Source of the DNA: Octopus vulgaris
Lineage: Eukaryota
DNA length: 64,000 nucleotides
Direction: 5' to 3'
Assembly: GCA_951406725.2 (NCBI GenBank)
Contig: OX597816.1
Coordinates: 28,892,001-28,956,000 of the forward strand
Each line of letters begins with the position of its first letter. The first letter of the stretch is position 1. Positions 13,683-27,583 of this stretch are shown piece by piece. Made by a program: the position numbers and the translations under genes. The notes below the pieces were generated by a model, which was given only the letters and a program-made list of their open reading frames with translations, was not told the origin of the DNA and searched no databases.

Positions 13683-13912
13683 TCTATTATATAAAATCTG
13701 TTCTATCAATCTCTGTGTGTGTCTTCTAGGATCTCGGGCATCCTCCATCCGATTGCGCTCAAATTTAATGTGTAGATACCGACGGTATCAGGGCGTGTAT
13801 AATTCTTGAAAAATTACAAAAATCGATTCCAGGTGAGAATGCGATCGATAAAACCGTGGAAACGTGCATTTTCTCGCGCAAGTACATCACCTGTTGCGAT
13901 GTACTTACTGGT
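13683..13912 (+). mobile_element. Non-autonomous Helitron-like element (5' end clear, 3' end uncertain)
   Basis: A|TCTATTATATAAAA start, ccgattgcgctcaaattt motif, hairpin aagtacatc...gatgtactt followed by CTGG|T. Confidence 0.55.
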
Positions 13913-14231
13913 ACTTTAAACTCTTCGGTTGCATATTTGTGTGAATAAAATCGTCTTTCTTTGAAATAGAAAAAAATCTATCTTCATTTCTTCTTTTTCA
14001 AAGTTAGGTTAAATCAGTGTTTCTCAAAGGGGAGGCCTACGGCACGGTCGGACAAGTTGTTCTGAGAATATTTGGTTTAAATATTTGACAAGACAGCACC
14101 GTCTATTGGACGGGGACGTTTTGCTCGTTATAAATATAATTGCAATGCAATAGTATCATTTTCCAGCTAAATAAAGCACCGTAAAGGTAAAATTATAAAT
14201 AGAAAATAGTGGCACAACAAGGCTGCAATAG

Positions 14232-14447
14232 TACTCTTTTACTCTTTTACTTGTTTCAGTCATTTGACTGTGGCCATGCTGGAGCACCGCCTTTAATCGA
14301 GCAACTCGACCCCGGGACTTATTCTTTGTAAGCCCAGTACTTATTCTATCGGTCTCTTTTGCCGAACTGCTAATGACGGGGACATAAACACACAAGCATC
14401 GGTTGTCAAGCAATGCTAGGGGGACAAACACAGACACACAAACATAT

Positions 14448-14488
<41 letters not shown>

Positions 14489-14649
14489 TACGACAGGCTT
14501 CTTTCAGTTTCTGTCTACCAAATCCACTCACAAGGCATTGGTCGGCCCGGGGCTATAGCAGAAGACAGTTGCCCAAGGTGCCACGCAGTGGGACTGAACC
14601 CGGAACCATGTGGTTGGTTAGCAAGCTACTTACCACACAGCCACTCCTG
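14232..14649 (-). mobile_element. SINE family A
   Basis: Reverse complement of family A. Confidence 0.9.
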
Positions 14650-15008
14650 TATTTATAATTTTTATATAATATCTTTTCAGTGATCTCGGTTTTGTTTACG
14701 GCTAGACGTATCAGGCGAATATACTTGCATTGATGTAGCGGATAGTTTAAATTTCGTTTTCGGTGAATCTAGGTGAAGAAGACAAATGAGATTTACGTTA
14801 ACAGACGTATATTGGAAAGTCCAAAACTCGAGTACATCATATCTAACTGAAGAAGACTAAACTGATTTACGATAACAAACGTATTATGGTAAGTCTTCTT
14901 AAACGACATACTGGTCCTTCATCATCACGCTTCGATATTTGAATATACACACATATCCACATACATAGATGCATACATACATATGTACATATATATATAT
15001 ATAGATTT

Positions 15009-15181
15009 TTTTCTTTACTACCCACAAGGGGCTAAACACAGAGGGGACAAACAAGGACAGACAAAGGGATTAAGTCGATTACATCGACCCCAGTGCGTAA
15101 CTGGTACTTAATTTATCGATCCCGAAAGGATGAAAGGCAAAGTCGACCTCGGCGGAATTTGAACTCGGAAAGTAACGACAG
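15009..15181 (-). mobile_element. SINE family B, 5'-truncated
   Basis: Core and tail present, head missing. Confidence 0.88.
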
Positions 15182-15195
15182 TTATATATATACAT

Positions 15196-15268
<73 letters not shown>

Positions 15269-15357
15269 CATGGCCACAGTTCTGAGGGCTGAAACATATC
15301 AATGAATAAAAGAATATGCATTCGTACATATACGCATACATTCCTGCACAAAAACAT

Positions 15358-15407
<50 letters not shown>

Positions 15408-15935
15408 ACAGACTCCTTTTCAGACACGCATTAACATTCATTCTTAAGTACATAATTCATTTTCATTTTTTCTTTATCCTTGACGAAATGTCATGACTCA
15501 TCCTCCAAGCGAAGGCGTCTTTGGAAATTGCAACATCTGCATAAGATATATCAAGATAAATAAAACAAACACCTATAATCCACATTCTATCTGTAATATT
15601 GATATGTTACTTATCGGTGATTACTAAGCAACTGTACTGAAATTTAGGTATCATACCTTTTATCAATTACATTCTCGTATAGATGTATATATTTAAGCAT
15701 ATGTGCGTCAATGAATGCGTATTCATATTGTCTTAAGGATGTAAACATATATTTTACTTCATGTTATAAATATATGTATGTATTATGTATATACATATAT
15801 ATCTCTTCCCCGTACACATACTGTAGTTTTCTACTAATTAGGTGATTTCTTTCGGGGCCACAGTATTTGACTGAGCCAATTTGCTCATTGAGTCTGACTT
15901 TCGATAATCCTTTCGAATAAACATACATATATTAG

Positions 15936-16060
15936 CAATACGGTGTCCTTATAGATATTACCAATATGGTGCCCGATAGATATTACCAATATGGTGCCCG
16001 ATAGATATTACCAATACTGTGCCCTTATAGATATTACGAATATGGTGCCCGATAGATATT
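15936..16060. repeat. Minisatellite, ~5 x 25-26 bp (caatatggtgcccgatagatattac)
   Basis: Contiguous units without spacers; duplicated at ~28118-28242. Confidence 0.9.
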
Positions 16061-16942
16061 CTTTTTGGAACGCTTTCTTCTATAACTATGCCGATTCATC
16101 TAGCCTAAATCAGCAAGTGTTTTATTTCACTAATTTTAAGTAAGAGAAAATATCTTTTAACTACCAACGTAGTGACAATACGATCGCATTAAAACCAAGT
16201 ATACCTTATCCCACGTGGAATTCCTCTTGCACTATCCTGACTGTATTGATATCAATAGCCATGTATACAATACCGATGCACCAGTACGCCATTTAAGAAG
16301 ACGTTAGAACAATTCAAACTAAAATCTATTTCGGTGCCATGAAAACGGTCGTGATCGAAGCTGATTTCGAAGTAAACCCTTTAGGTAAAACAACGTCGAC
16401 ATTAAGCATCTTACTTTAAAGAGATGGCTCCCGTTCCTGACAATAATCAATCTACTCAAACATAGATAAATGGACAAAATCTTTCATAAGAGAGATCTGG
16501 AATAATGTAAACAAACCACTGCTGCCATCACTGAATTCTCGTATCTCACAAAGAGACAATTGTGGTATGCTTTTAGCTGAGACGTTTCTCAAAACCACAG
16601 TTCGTAAAAAGGCTAACTTGTTTTCAAAACTATTTTCGAGCGAGAGACTTTTCTGAACAAGATTATGGAAAAATCCAACTGGTCTTATATTGAGAGTGTG
16701 ATGTGGTGGGAGAGTACATGGAGCCATATCATGTTAATTACGGGAATATTAATAATCACCTATACATAAATACGTAAAGAACGCATAGTAGAAATCTCAT
16801 ATTAAACGAAAAGAAATTACTAAACGGAAGCAGCCTAGATAAAAAGCAAAATTTGACGAAAATATTAATAATCTGTGCCGCTATTAGCATGTTTGCTACT
16901 ATAATAATAACGCATTCACACCTCATCAATTATATCTTATGT

Positions 16943-17233
16943 GGAGGCACATGGCCTAGTGGTTAGAGCTGCGGACTCGCGGTCGAAGGAGACCGGGTTC
17001 GAATCTCAGACCGGGCGATGTGTGTGTTTATGAGCGAAACACCTAAGCTCCGGTAGAAGGTAATGGCGAATTTGTGTTGACTCTTTCGCCACAGCTTTCT
17101 CTCACTCTTTTTCCTCCTGTATCTTGCAGCTCACCTGCGATGGACCGGCGTCCCGTCCAGGTGGGGAACCTATACGCCAAGGAAACCGGGAAATCGGCCC
17201 TTATGAGCCAGGCATGGCTCGAGAAGGAACAAA
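16943..17233 (+). mobile_element. tRNA-derived SINE family C with 13-bp TSD
   Basis: A box tggcctagtggttag, B box ggttcgaatct; TSD attatatcttatg at 16929-16941 and 17236-17248. Confidence 0.9.
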
Positions 17234-17257
17234 CTATTATATCTTATGCAGAAATAA

Positions 17258-17357
17258 NNNNNNNNNNNNNNNNNNNNNNNNNNNNNNNNNNNNNNNNNNN
17301 NNNNNNNNNNNNNNNNNNNNNNNNNNNNNNNNNNNNNNNNNNNNNNNNNNNNNNNNN
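17258..17357. other. Assembly gap (100 N)
   Basis: Direct reading. Confidence 1.
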
Positions 17358-17371
17358 TATCTGTCAGTCTG

Positions 17372-17426
<55 letters not shown>

Positions 17427-17429
17427 GTA

Positions 17430-17460
<31 letters not shown>

Positions 17461-18926
17461 TTATTCATATATTTATGGATAGATAGAACGATATGCATTC
17501 ATACCTAAATCCAGACATATATATGCATCTGCGTGTTTCTCTCTCTCTCCCTCTGTATGTACGTATGTGTATGTATGTGTGTGTTTCTCTCGTTTCTTTA
17601 CTGTCATTGACTCTGCAAATTCCCCAAACATTACTCGCGGCATTAATAGTAAGATCTTTCTGTAAAATATTTTATATAGAAAGCAAATTCCGTTTACATT
17701 ACTAAGTGGTAGCACTTAATATTTAAGTATCTGGAAAATTATTTAATATCTAGTAGATAGAAAATTCAAAGCAACTCGAAAAATACGATAATGGAAATCT
17801 AAATTGTTTGATGACCAATAATATTTGCTCTTTGCGATGTATGGGGAGACAAATTTGAATGATTTTGACTTCGTCCAATCTCCTTAACGTGATTGGAGAC
17901 AAGCTGTAAATTTACAAAAGAATTAACGCTAAGATCGAGAAGCAGATAAATGGATATTTATTGGTAGGAACGACAAAATAAGGGTAACAATTACATATAT
18001 ATTGAGATTGCATCAACCTGACGTCTACGAAGCTAAATATGGAAACATATATTCAAAAATTGGGCACTTGAAATCTGCAATAAAATATGATATTTGCTAA
18101 AGAAGTCTATTGTTCATAAAATGGGATATGGTTGACTGTTAAAACGTACTAAGGATTGCATGCATACATATGCACACATGCTCGCACACAGATACTCATA
18201 AACTCACCCTCACATATTTCTGGGCGTAAATTAGAAGATTTACAGAAAAATAGAATCAGATGTACAATCGGTAATGAACAGTTATGTTAAAAATTGGTAA
18301 GCTTACAAGAAATGAGTTTAAATTAAATGTCTTGGGTTTGTTGGTTTAAAATAAGGTAGCAGCTGACGTTAGAATTGAGTGGATTCGGATGGCAAACCTA
18401 ATGAAATTATTTAAAAGATCACTTGGATATTTTGGGTAATATATTGGTAATATAACTAAATTTGAAGTGTAGTATAATTTCGTGTGCATGCCTAACTAAG
18501 GTTATACCTAATGGTTTACGCAAATTCTGTGTAAGACAATTTAAATTTGGTGCATATTAAGTAGCGAAGTTAATTCGTCTCAAATTTGTTGGTTTTAAAC
18601 ATTATAGAATTTTCTGGGGCAGGGTTTCTTGTTATCAAGATTCCAAGAATACTGGATTTATAATTAATTATGGTCATAGTTAGCAAGAATTTTTGTATCT
18701 ACAGAAAATTCATTTTCGTATTATCGGGAGCAAAAGCATGGGTCACTGAAGGTATGCCTAAATATCAGTTCAACTTTAGTTAAAAGACAGAAACTAGCTT
18801 ATATTCTTTTTCAAATTTTGAATGACACGCCACATCCGCATCATATCTGCAAACCCGCATCTTATTCATCACTTTATACTTTATAATGAGTGGATTTAAG
18901 AAAAAACATATATTATTTCTTTCATA

Positions 18927-19322
18927 GGCGCAGGAGTGGCTGTGTGGTAAGTAGCTTGCTTACGAACCACATGGTTCCGGGTTCAGTCCCACTGCGTGGC
19001 ACCTCGGGCAAATGTCTTCTACTATAGCTTCGGGCCGACCAATGCCTTGTGAGTGGATTTGGTGAGACGGAAGCTGAAAGAAGCCTGTCGTATATATGTA
19101 TGTGTGAGTGTTTGTGTGTCTGTGTTTGTCCCCCTAGCATTGCCTGACAACCGATGCTGGTGTGTTTATGTCCCCGTTACTTAGCGTTTCGGCAAAAGAG
19201 ACCGATAGAATAAGTACTGGGCTTACAAAGAAAAAGTCCCGGGGTCGAGTTGCTCGATTAAAGGCGGTGCTCCAGCATGGCAGCAGTCAAATGACTGAAA
19301 CAAGTAAAAGAGTAAAAGAGTA
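18927..19322 (+). mobile_element. SINE family A (duplicate of 6746-7140)
   Basis: Sequence identity. Confidence 0.9.
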
Positions 19323-20189
19323 TAGTGGGAGTTATAATCTGAAGGAGTGGAATAATCTTATATTACAATGAAGAAGCTAAAAGCAATTACATTTTATTCT
19401 AATTCTACCTTCAGTTGCAATATCTTTCAGCTTCAATATAAATGCCATTTTGTAACTAAGCAGGAAGAAACTAACGAAAAATAATTTTTGCATCTAAAAT
19501 TTACACAGAATATGCTGATTTTCTAAAACCCACTCCTTATGGGTTTGGAAAAGCATTAATTTTATCAAGGCCACCACCAAAAATCCCTACCCACGCATTA
19601 ATTTATCGGAAGCCAAAGCAAAAATAAAAATGAATAGAAACAGTTCAAATTTTTTGCAATTTTACATAGTTATACCATTTCTATCATAAAACGTATTAGT
19701 GCTCACTTTGAAATTCGATAATTTTTTGCGTATTCTCTTTCCGCCTCCCTTCCTCTCTCCTCTTTCCCTTCCTATTCAACTAATCACTTGGATACGTTAT
19801 AGACGAGATAATCTAAGGAGAAACAAGCAGAATTAGATGTGTGAATTGCGTATGTTTCATATGTAGGATCACTTAAATGCCAGGCTATTTCATTGACATA
19901 TGCACTGATTACGTTCCATGCAATGCAGACTGAAAGCTATATTTTTTTCAGTTATGCGTTCATAAGAATGAAAACATACCTATCCGGGGTGCTTTTCTTA
20001 ATCTGCATATAACCATATGACTCTGTGAGGATACTTAAGAAGAAGGAACACCGTCTCATCTCCCTATTGGTGTGTAGCTCTGATACGAATGAACTGTAAG
20101 GAAACATTCATATACAGATGGACAAGAATGAAAACAAATATACAAACACACACACATACATATATGAATTTGTATGGACGTGTATATAT

Positions 20190-20419
20190 ATTTCTTTACT
20201 ACCCACAAGGAGCTAAACACAGAGGGGACAAACAAGGACCGACAAACGGATTAAGTCGATTACATCGACCCCAGTGCGTAAATGGTACTTAATTTATCGA
20301 CCCCGAAAGGATGAAAGGCAAAGTCGACCTCGGCGGAATTTGAACTCGGAACGTAACGACAGATGAAATACGGCTACGCATTTCGCCCGGCGCGCTAACG
20401 TTTCTGCCAGCTCACCGCC
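20190..20419 (-). mobile_element. SINE family B (duplicate of 8007-8237)
   Basis: Sequence identity. Confidence 0.9.
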
Positions 20420-21286
20420 TATTGGACGTGTATATATACGTGTCTCGTTTCATGTGTATGATAGTGTATATTTCTGCACACATACACACTCGCAAGTACA
20501 CACACGCACACGCAAGCACAAACGCACGCACACACACACGCGCGCGCGCGCACATATATATATATATATATATGTTTCTTCTTTCACTCAAAATTAGTCT
20601 GAAGTTGTGTTTATTAAGTCTTGGGGTTAGAAATAATAACTAATTTATCACCTCGAGAAGTTTAGAAAAGTCATAATTAGATCATGCCAGAGCTATATGT
20701 CCATTCAAGTTTACTCAACTTTTCTCCAAATTATAATTTCTTTTAAGCAAAATCGCTACTTCTAAAATCACTAGAAGAGACCAGAATCGTGACTATATTA
20801 AATAGTAAAGCCAGTCGCTAAATCAAAGTGGTAGTTGAATGAAATTAGTAGTTTAACCCTAGGTAGATTACCCGCCACTCTGCACTCTCTAAATACAATA
20901 TATTATTAGCAGGGAGATCGAATTCCTACCACACTCCGCAGGTATCTGGAAGCGAGATTGACTCAGTTTCGAGCTATTTGGCTAATTCTCAGTTCCGAGC
21001 ATCTGTACGCTCGTGCGATAGCCAGAGTCCGCTAACGTTAACAATATATTGTAAACAAAGTGTTCATCAGATGAAGCATCTTCACTATACAAACGAGTGG
21101 GTAGTCTTTGCTGGTGAGGGTTTTACGAGGTCGCGGTGCAAGTCCTACCGCAAATTCTTTTTAGTCGACTTTTCACACATTCTAACAGGAGAAACGTTGA
21201 GTCTATACTTTGATGACATGCTAGTCTTAACACAGCAGAATATAAATGCACGCTCGCACATACACACACGCTTTTGTGTGAGGACG

Positions 21287-21318
<32 letters not shown>

Positions 21319-21376
21319 GCATGTATTGTATGTATGTATATATATATATATACACAAATATAAATATATATGTATG

Positions 21377-21421
<45 letters not shown>

Positions 21422-22308
21422 GCACACACATATATGAATACAGGCACAGAGATATATGCACACATGCACTGTGATAAGAAGAGAGCAGAAATCTTCACAG
21501 TACATCTTCACTTGCCCCTCACTGTTTCAGTGACAAGAAGTGGATCCAGAACGACTGAGATCGGTGGCGAGCGGTAGCAAGCCACGGCGTCTACAGTATG
21601 TAGAGGGGCGCCTTTAAAACCACCCTTTTTGATTCAGTCTTGTTCTAGTTAATAGTAGCACAAAGCACACAGTTTGCCGCAAGATATCGGAGAGACGGAA
21701 AGGAATAAGAACAGCAGGTGCCGGAACAGGTGCTACTTCTGGATGTGACAAAGGAGAGAAGCTGAGGCAAGGATAAGCCAACATAGAAAGCAATCAACAG
21801 CTGAGAATCCAACAGGTGTTACTATTCCGGGTCAGTGTAGACCTGGATAAAATAGAGGTTAAGTGGCGTATCCACACACCTTCAAACACTTTAACCGCCA
21901 TAGTAGGCCCCCTCTACCTGATAAGACTGGATGTAGGCCTTATGGATGTCAAAAAATTCGTTCCTAAAATCGTCCCAAAGGATTTCTCTTCTCACGCAGA
22001 GTTTCTTTCCTCTCTGTTGGAGGCCCTATCTGTTGGAGGCCCTATCTGTTGATCATGAGGCATGGAGATCCGTTTGTGATGGTGAAGTAGAGGTATCTTA
22101 AACCGAACGTAGGCGATGACAAGAAGAGTGTCGGTATCCAGTGTCTATCGTTTGGGGTTTCCTTCAGTGTCCCCAGTAACACATGATCTGCCTCTCTCGA
22201 ATCGGTCTTGTCGGCCATATCCAACCGCTTCGATGTGCTGGAGGCGGAGGAGGATGAGTATCTTCGATCCACACTGTTGATACGCCGTTATAAGCGAGTA
22301 AGCAATAC

Positions 22309-22362
<54 letters not shown>

Positions 22363-25300
22363 GCTCACACAAACACACACAATCACACACGCACATACGC
22401 TCACACAAACACACACACAAACACACACACAAACAAACACATGCACAGACGGATGCACACATATATATGTATGTATGTATATAAACACGCACGCACACAC
22501 ACACACACATATCAAATATATGTTCAGACATATATTAATGTAAATTTATATACATAGGAAATCGTAAAGATACACAGATTTTTTTTTTTATGGGGAATAG
22601 GTTGCTGAGGAGAAAATCAGAAACTCCTGTGTAAAGTCTTTTCTTGAAACCACTTGCTTGAATGATACGAAGAGACTTTGGCATATTATGTGCTTTATCT
22701 TGCTTTACTTAACTCATATTGTATCAAAAATCCACAAATGATTAACATTAATTAATTACCATACTCATTTTCTGAATTATATAGAGTAAAAGTAAGTGTT
22801 TTCTGTGTTGAAAATGATTTCATATATTTGCATAAGTTACTTAAATCGGTTACTATAACAGAGCGGTTTGTATATTATCGACTCGGGAACCAAAAGGTAA
22901 AAAGATGTCTACATATGCGTAGATAGTTTTCATCTCGCATATACGAGCACAGCAGTAGTTTAACAGCATTGTCTGAGACCTATATTGATTACACAATTTA
23001 TAGCCTGATTGTGTAAATTTCTCAAATATACTCAATGACAGTAAGATAAATACCTACAGCACGTACATTCATATGAAAATATAGCGTCTAATGTTCTTTT
23101 TTCAGCAGCTCACTATCCACATATACTGATTTCTACATCATGAGTGTATTATTGCTGTGTATTGACTGCATTGTTTATGAAGTGGGCCTTTTCACCAGTT
23201 ATTGATCTGTAGTGTATTTATCGATATTTATTGCAGAATTGTTTTTCTTCATGTTGTTTTAATCATTTTACTAGCCATTTACTATAGATCGTTTGTTGTT
23301 TCATTATCTTTTTACCTCTCTGCTCTTTTGCCTGTTTAACATAATGGCTGTAATTTCAATGAATTTTCCTGCTGTTCTAAATCGTCGATCAATGTTTGTA
23401 TATTGTGTCCGTTAAAGCTGAATTTTTAGGTTGACATTCAATAACTTTGAATGTTCCAAACACTTTCATTAATGTTTCATAGAAAAAAAAGACCAATAAA
23501 TAAAGAAAAGGAGGGGAAAATACTACAAAATGTTGGTTTTGTAATGGAATTATTATTTGCTGACTAAGGATTTTTCCCATCACTAAATTATATTCTTCTA
23601 CAATATTTTTTTTCCTGGCACAATAGTTGGTTAAACCTGCTCTTCTGTGAAACACCATAATTTGTTCTTTCACACGCAATGAAGTCGGTTGATATTGAAG
23701 CAAGTAAACTAACCTCTTCATTTGGCAAATATTTGTTCTGAAATTCGAAATAAAGGGCTTTGTAAGCGATCTACCTTATTATTTCTTTAAAAGAAGAATT
23801 AAAATAAATCTTAAACATAAAATTTAGGCGTGAACTATAATTAAATAATATATCACTGTCGCATGATTGTGTCAATTTTTAAATAACAATTTTTAAATCA
23901 ATGCTCGGTTGCCGGTTTTATAGCGGTTCAAGGCATCGATAACGCATTAGAATTTCATGATGAATACACGTAGGTGCTTCGACACACACACATACACTCA
24001 CACACACACGCATGGATATGCGTATGAAAGTATGCCCGCATCTATGTATGTGTTAGTTAAAAAGTAAAAAGTGGTGAATTTCCGTTTAATCGTTTGCCTT
24101 CAAACTATTTTCCCATTTAAAAACTCAATACATTGTAAATGCTTTAAAATAACGCCTGATAAAATAACATCAACCAATTTAAATAAAATGAAATACCAAA
24201 CACAAAGGTACTCTAGGTTATGTATTTATAATGAATAAATTAGATATAAGGATTAAATTTAACTACTGCATTTTATAAAACTTTATAGAAAAATATGTTT
24301 TTAAAAATTTATATCCAATCCTTTTTATGTTAAAAATTCAAATATTTGTAATAACATAAAAAATAACAATTAGAATACGCTAACAATATTTATCAGTAAA
24401 GCAGCTTATCTAATATACAACCTATGTAATATATAACGTATAATCCTAGCTTTATATACTTATGGATATACATACCTGAGTGTGTGTGGCTGTGTGTGAG
24501 TATATGAATGATCATATATGTCTATAAGGTCTGAAGATCGTGTAAAATAACGGTATATGATTTAGGAAAATTGGAGTATTTACAGTGTCTCTGTTTGAAA
24601 TGTCGATATTACTACGTTTAGCGAGGTATATTTATAAGTGTGTCTGTGTGTGTATTTGTATGTGTATATTGTGCATATATATATATATATATATATATTT
24701 AATCATTATGAGGATACATAAGCCTCTTATAGAGCTAGTTTTATCCAAGGTACACTGGTTTATATGATTCTTCAATAAATTCATTATACAAATATCAAAT
24801 ATTAAGAAAATACAGAGATAAATGGATATAAATTATTTTTAATTAATCAATTAAAAATTAATTTATATACATTATATATCACCATTTTCTTATTTAATAA
24901 TATTATATATATATATGTGTGTGTGTGTATGTGTGTATGCGTATACATATGTGTGTGTGTGTATGTGTGTGTGTATTTCAAATGATTGATGCGGAAGACG
25001 TAGTGTAACTAGAAACTTCCTTTAGCACAACAATCCTTTCGACTTCCTTCTGCACTGCTCCCTTGTGGATCTGAGAAGATGTAATGCCATCAGATACAAT
25101 ACACAGTTTAGAGAGCCTCACCAAGTGACATTGTTCAAAATTTAAAACATTTACTTTTAATTTTCAATTCAAGTTTTATGTTGGTAGTGTGTTGCTACTA
25201 GTTAACACACATTTTGTTGAATTGAGGAAAGTTATCATCTGGAAGTGTTTGATAAAACAATAAAAAATACAAAGAATCTAATGTAAATGAGGAGAAGGTG

Positions 25301-26409
25301 TTTATACTCGGAGTCATGAAGTGGTTGAAAGAGTCTAATATTCAGGGGCAGGAGTCCTTATGGCGGTGGATTGAAGGGGCCCTAAATCGAGTGGATACTT
25401 TATATATATATATATATAAATTATAAATATCATTGCAATACAACAGTATTATTTTCCAGCTAAATAGAGCACCGTAAAGGTAGAATTATAAATAGGAAAT
25501 AGTGGTACTACAAGGCACCAATGTCTGCTGGAAATAGCAATCGATAACCGTACGACTCTATGTAAAGCTTCACTGAATGTATACAGGCAAAGATGTGTGC
25601 AGGTGCGAACATAGAACCTTTTCGTCTTATGTCCAGGAAGAACGCCGGATAAATTGACAATCTAGAGTTGATAACCTAGTACTAGAGTTCTGGACTTTCC
25701 AGAATAATTTGTTAATGTAAATCTGGTTATTCTTCTTCAGCTAGATTCACTGAAGGCGGAATTTAAAATATCGACTACATCAATGCCAGTATATTCACCT
25801 GATACACCTTGGCATAAACAGAACCGAGATCAGTGAAAAAGTTTTGTATTAGTATCTATTATATAAAATCTGTTCTATCAATCTCTGTGTGTGTCTTCTA
25901 GGATCTCGGGCATCCTCCATCCGATTGCGCTCAAATTTAATATGTAGATACCGACGGTATCAGGGCGTGTATAATTCTTGAAAAATTACAAAAATCGATT
26001 CCAGGTGAGAATGCGATCGATAAAACCGTGGAAACGTGCATTTTCTCGCGCAAGTACATCACCTGTTGCGATGTACTTACTGGTACTTTAAACTCTTCGG
26101 TTGCATATTTGTGTGAATAAAATCGTCTTTCTTTGAAATAGAAAAAAATCTATCTTCATTTCTTCTTTGCTTTTCAAAGTTAGGTTAAATCAGTGTTTCT
26201 CAAAGGGGAGGCCTACGGCACGGTCGGACAAGTTGTTCTGAGAATATTTGGTTTAAATGTTTGACAAGACAGCACCGTCTATTGGACGGGGACGTTTTGC
26301 TCGTTATAAATATAATTGCAATGCAATAGTATCATTTTCCAGCTAAATAAAGCACCGTAAAGGTAAAATTATAAATAGAAAATAGTGGCACAACAAGGCG
26401 GTGCAATAG

Positions 26410-26625
26410 TACTCTTTTACTCTTTTACTTGTTTCAGTCATTTGACTGTGGCCATGCTGGAGCACCGCCTTTAATCGAGCAACTCGACCCCGGGACTTAT
26501 TCTTTGTAAGCCCAGTACTTATTCTATCGGTCTCTTTTGCCGAACTGCTAATGACGGGGACATAAACACACAAGCATCGGTTGTCAAGCAATGCTAGGGG
26601 GACAAACACAGACACACAAACATAT

Positions 26626-26666
<41 letters not shown>

Positions 26667-26827
26667 TACGACAGGCTTCTTTCAGTTTCTGTCTACCAAA
26701 TCCACTCACAAGGCATTGGTCGGCCCGGGGCTATAGCAGAAGACAGTTGCCCAAGGTGCCACGCAGTGGGACTGAACCCGGAACCATGTGGTTGGTTAGC
26801 AAGCTACTTACCACACAGCCACTCCTG
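26410..26827 (-). mobile_element. SINE family A (duplicate of 14232-14649)
   Basis: Sequence identity. Confidence 0.9.
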
Positions 26828-27188
26828 TATTTATAATTTTTATATAATATCTTTTCAGTGATCTCGGTTTTGTTTACGGCTAGACGTATCAGGCGAATAT
26901 ACTTGCATTGATGTAGCGGATAGTTTAAATTTCGTTTTCGGTGAATCTAGGTGAAGAAGACAAATGAGATTTACGTTAACAGACGTATATTGGAAAGTCC
27001 AAAACTCGAGTACATCATATCTAACTGAAGAAGACTAAACTGATTTACGATAACAAACGTATTATGGTAAGTCTTCTTAAACGACATACTGGTCCTTCAT
27101 CATCACGCTTCGATATTTGAATATACACACATATCCACATACATAGATGCATACATACATATGTACATATATATATATATAGATTTTT

Positions 27189-27344
27189 TTCTTTACTACC
27201 CACAAGGGGCTAAACACAGAGGGGACAAACAAGGACAGACTAAGGGATTAAGTCGATTACATCGACCCCAGTGCGTAACTGGTACTTAATTTATCGATCC
27301 CGAAAGTCGACCTCGGCGGAATTTGAACTCGGAACGTAACGACA
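27189..27344 (-). mobile_element. SINE family B (duplicate of 15009-15181, with a small internal deletion)
   Basis: Lacks the gatgaaaggcaaag segment present in copy 1. Confidence 0.88.
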
Positions 27345-27359
27345 GTTATATATATACAT

Positions 27360-27458
<99 letters not shown>

Positions 27459-27543
27459 GGCCACAGTCTGAGGGCTGAAACATATCAATGAATAAAAGAA
27501 TATGCATTCGTACATATACGCATACATTCCTGCACAAAAACAT

Positions 27544-27583
<40 letters not shown>

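Larger units (their letters stand above)
5179..17257. repeat. Copy 1 of ~12.1 kb tandem duplication
   Basis: Near-identical to 17358-29438; the ORF track repeats with a ~12.18 kb offset. Confidence 0.97.

Noticed and set aside
15936-16060. CRISPR-like periodicity
   Set aside because: No unique spacers, no cas genes, eukaryotic context.
16943-17015. tRNA gene
   Set aside because: The tRNA-like head continues into a SINE body with a TSD and has no proper acceptor stem.
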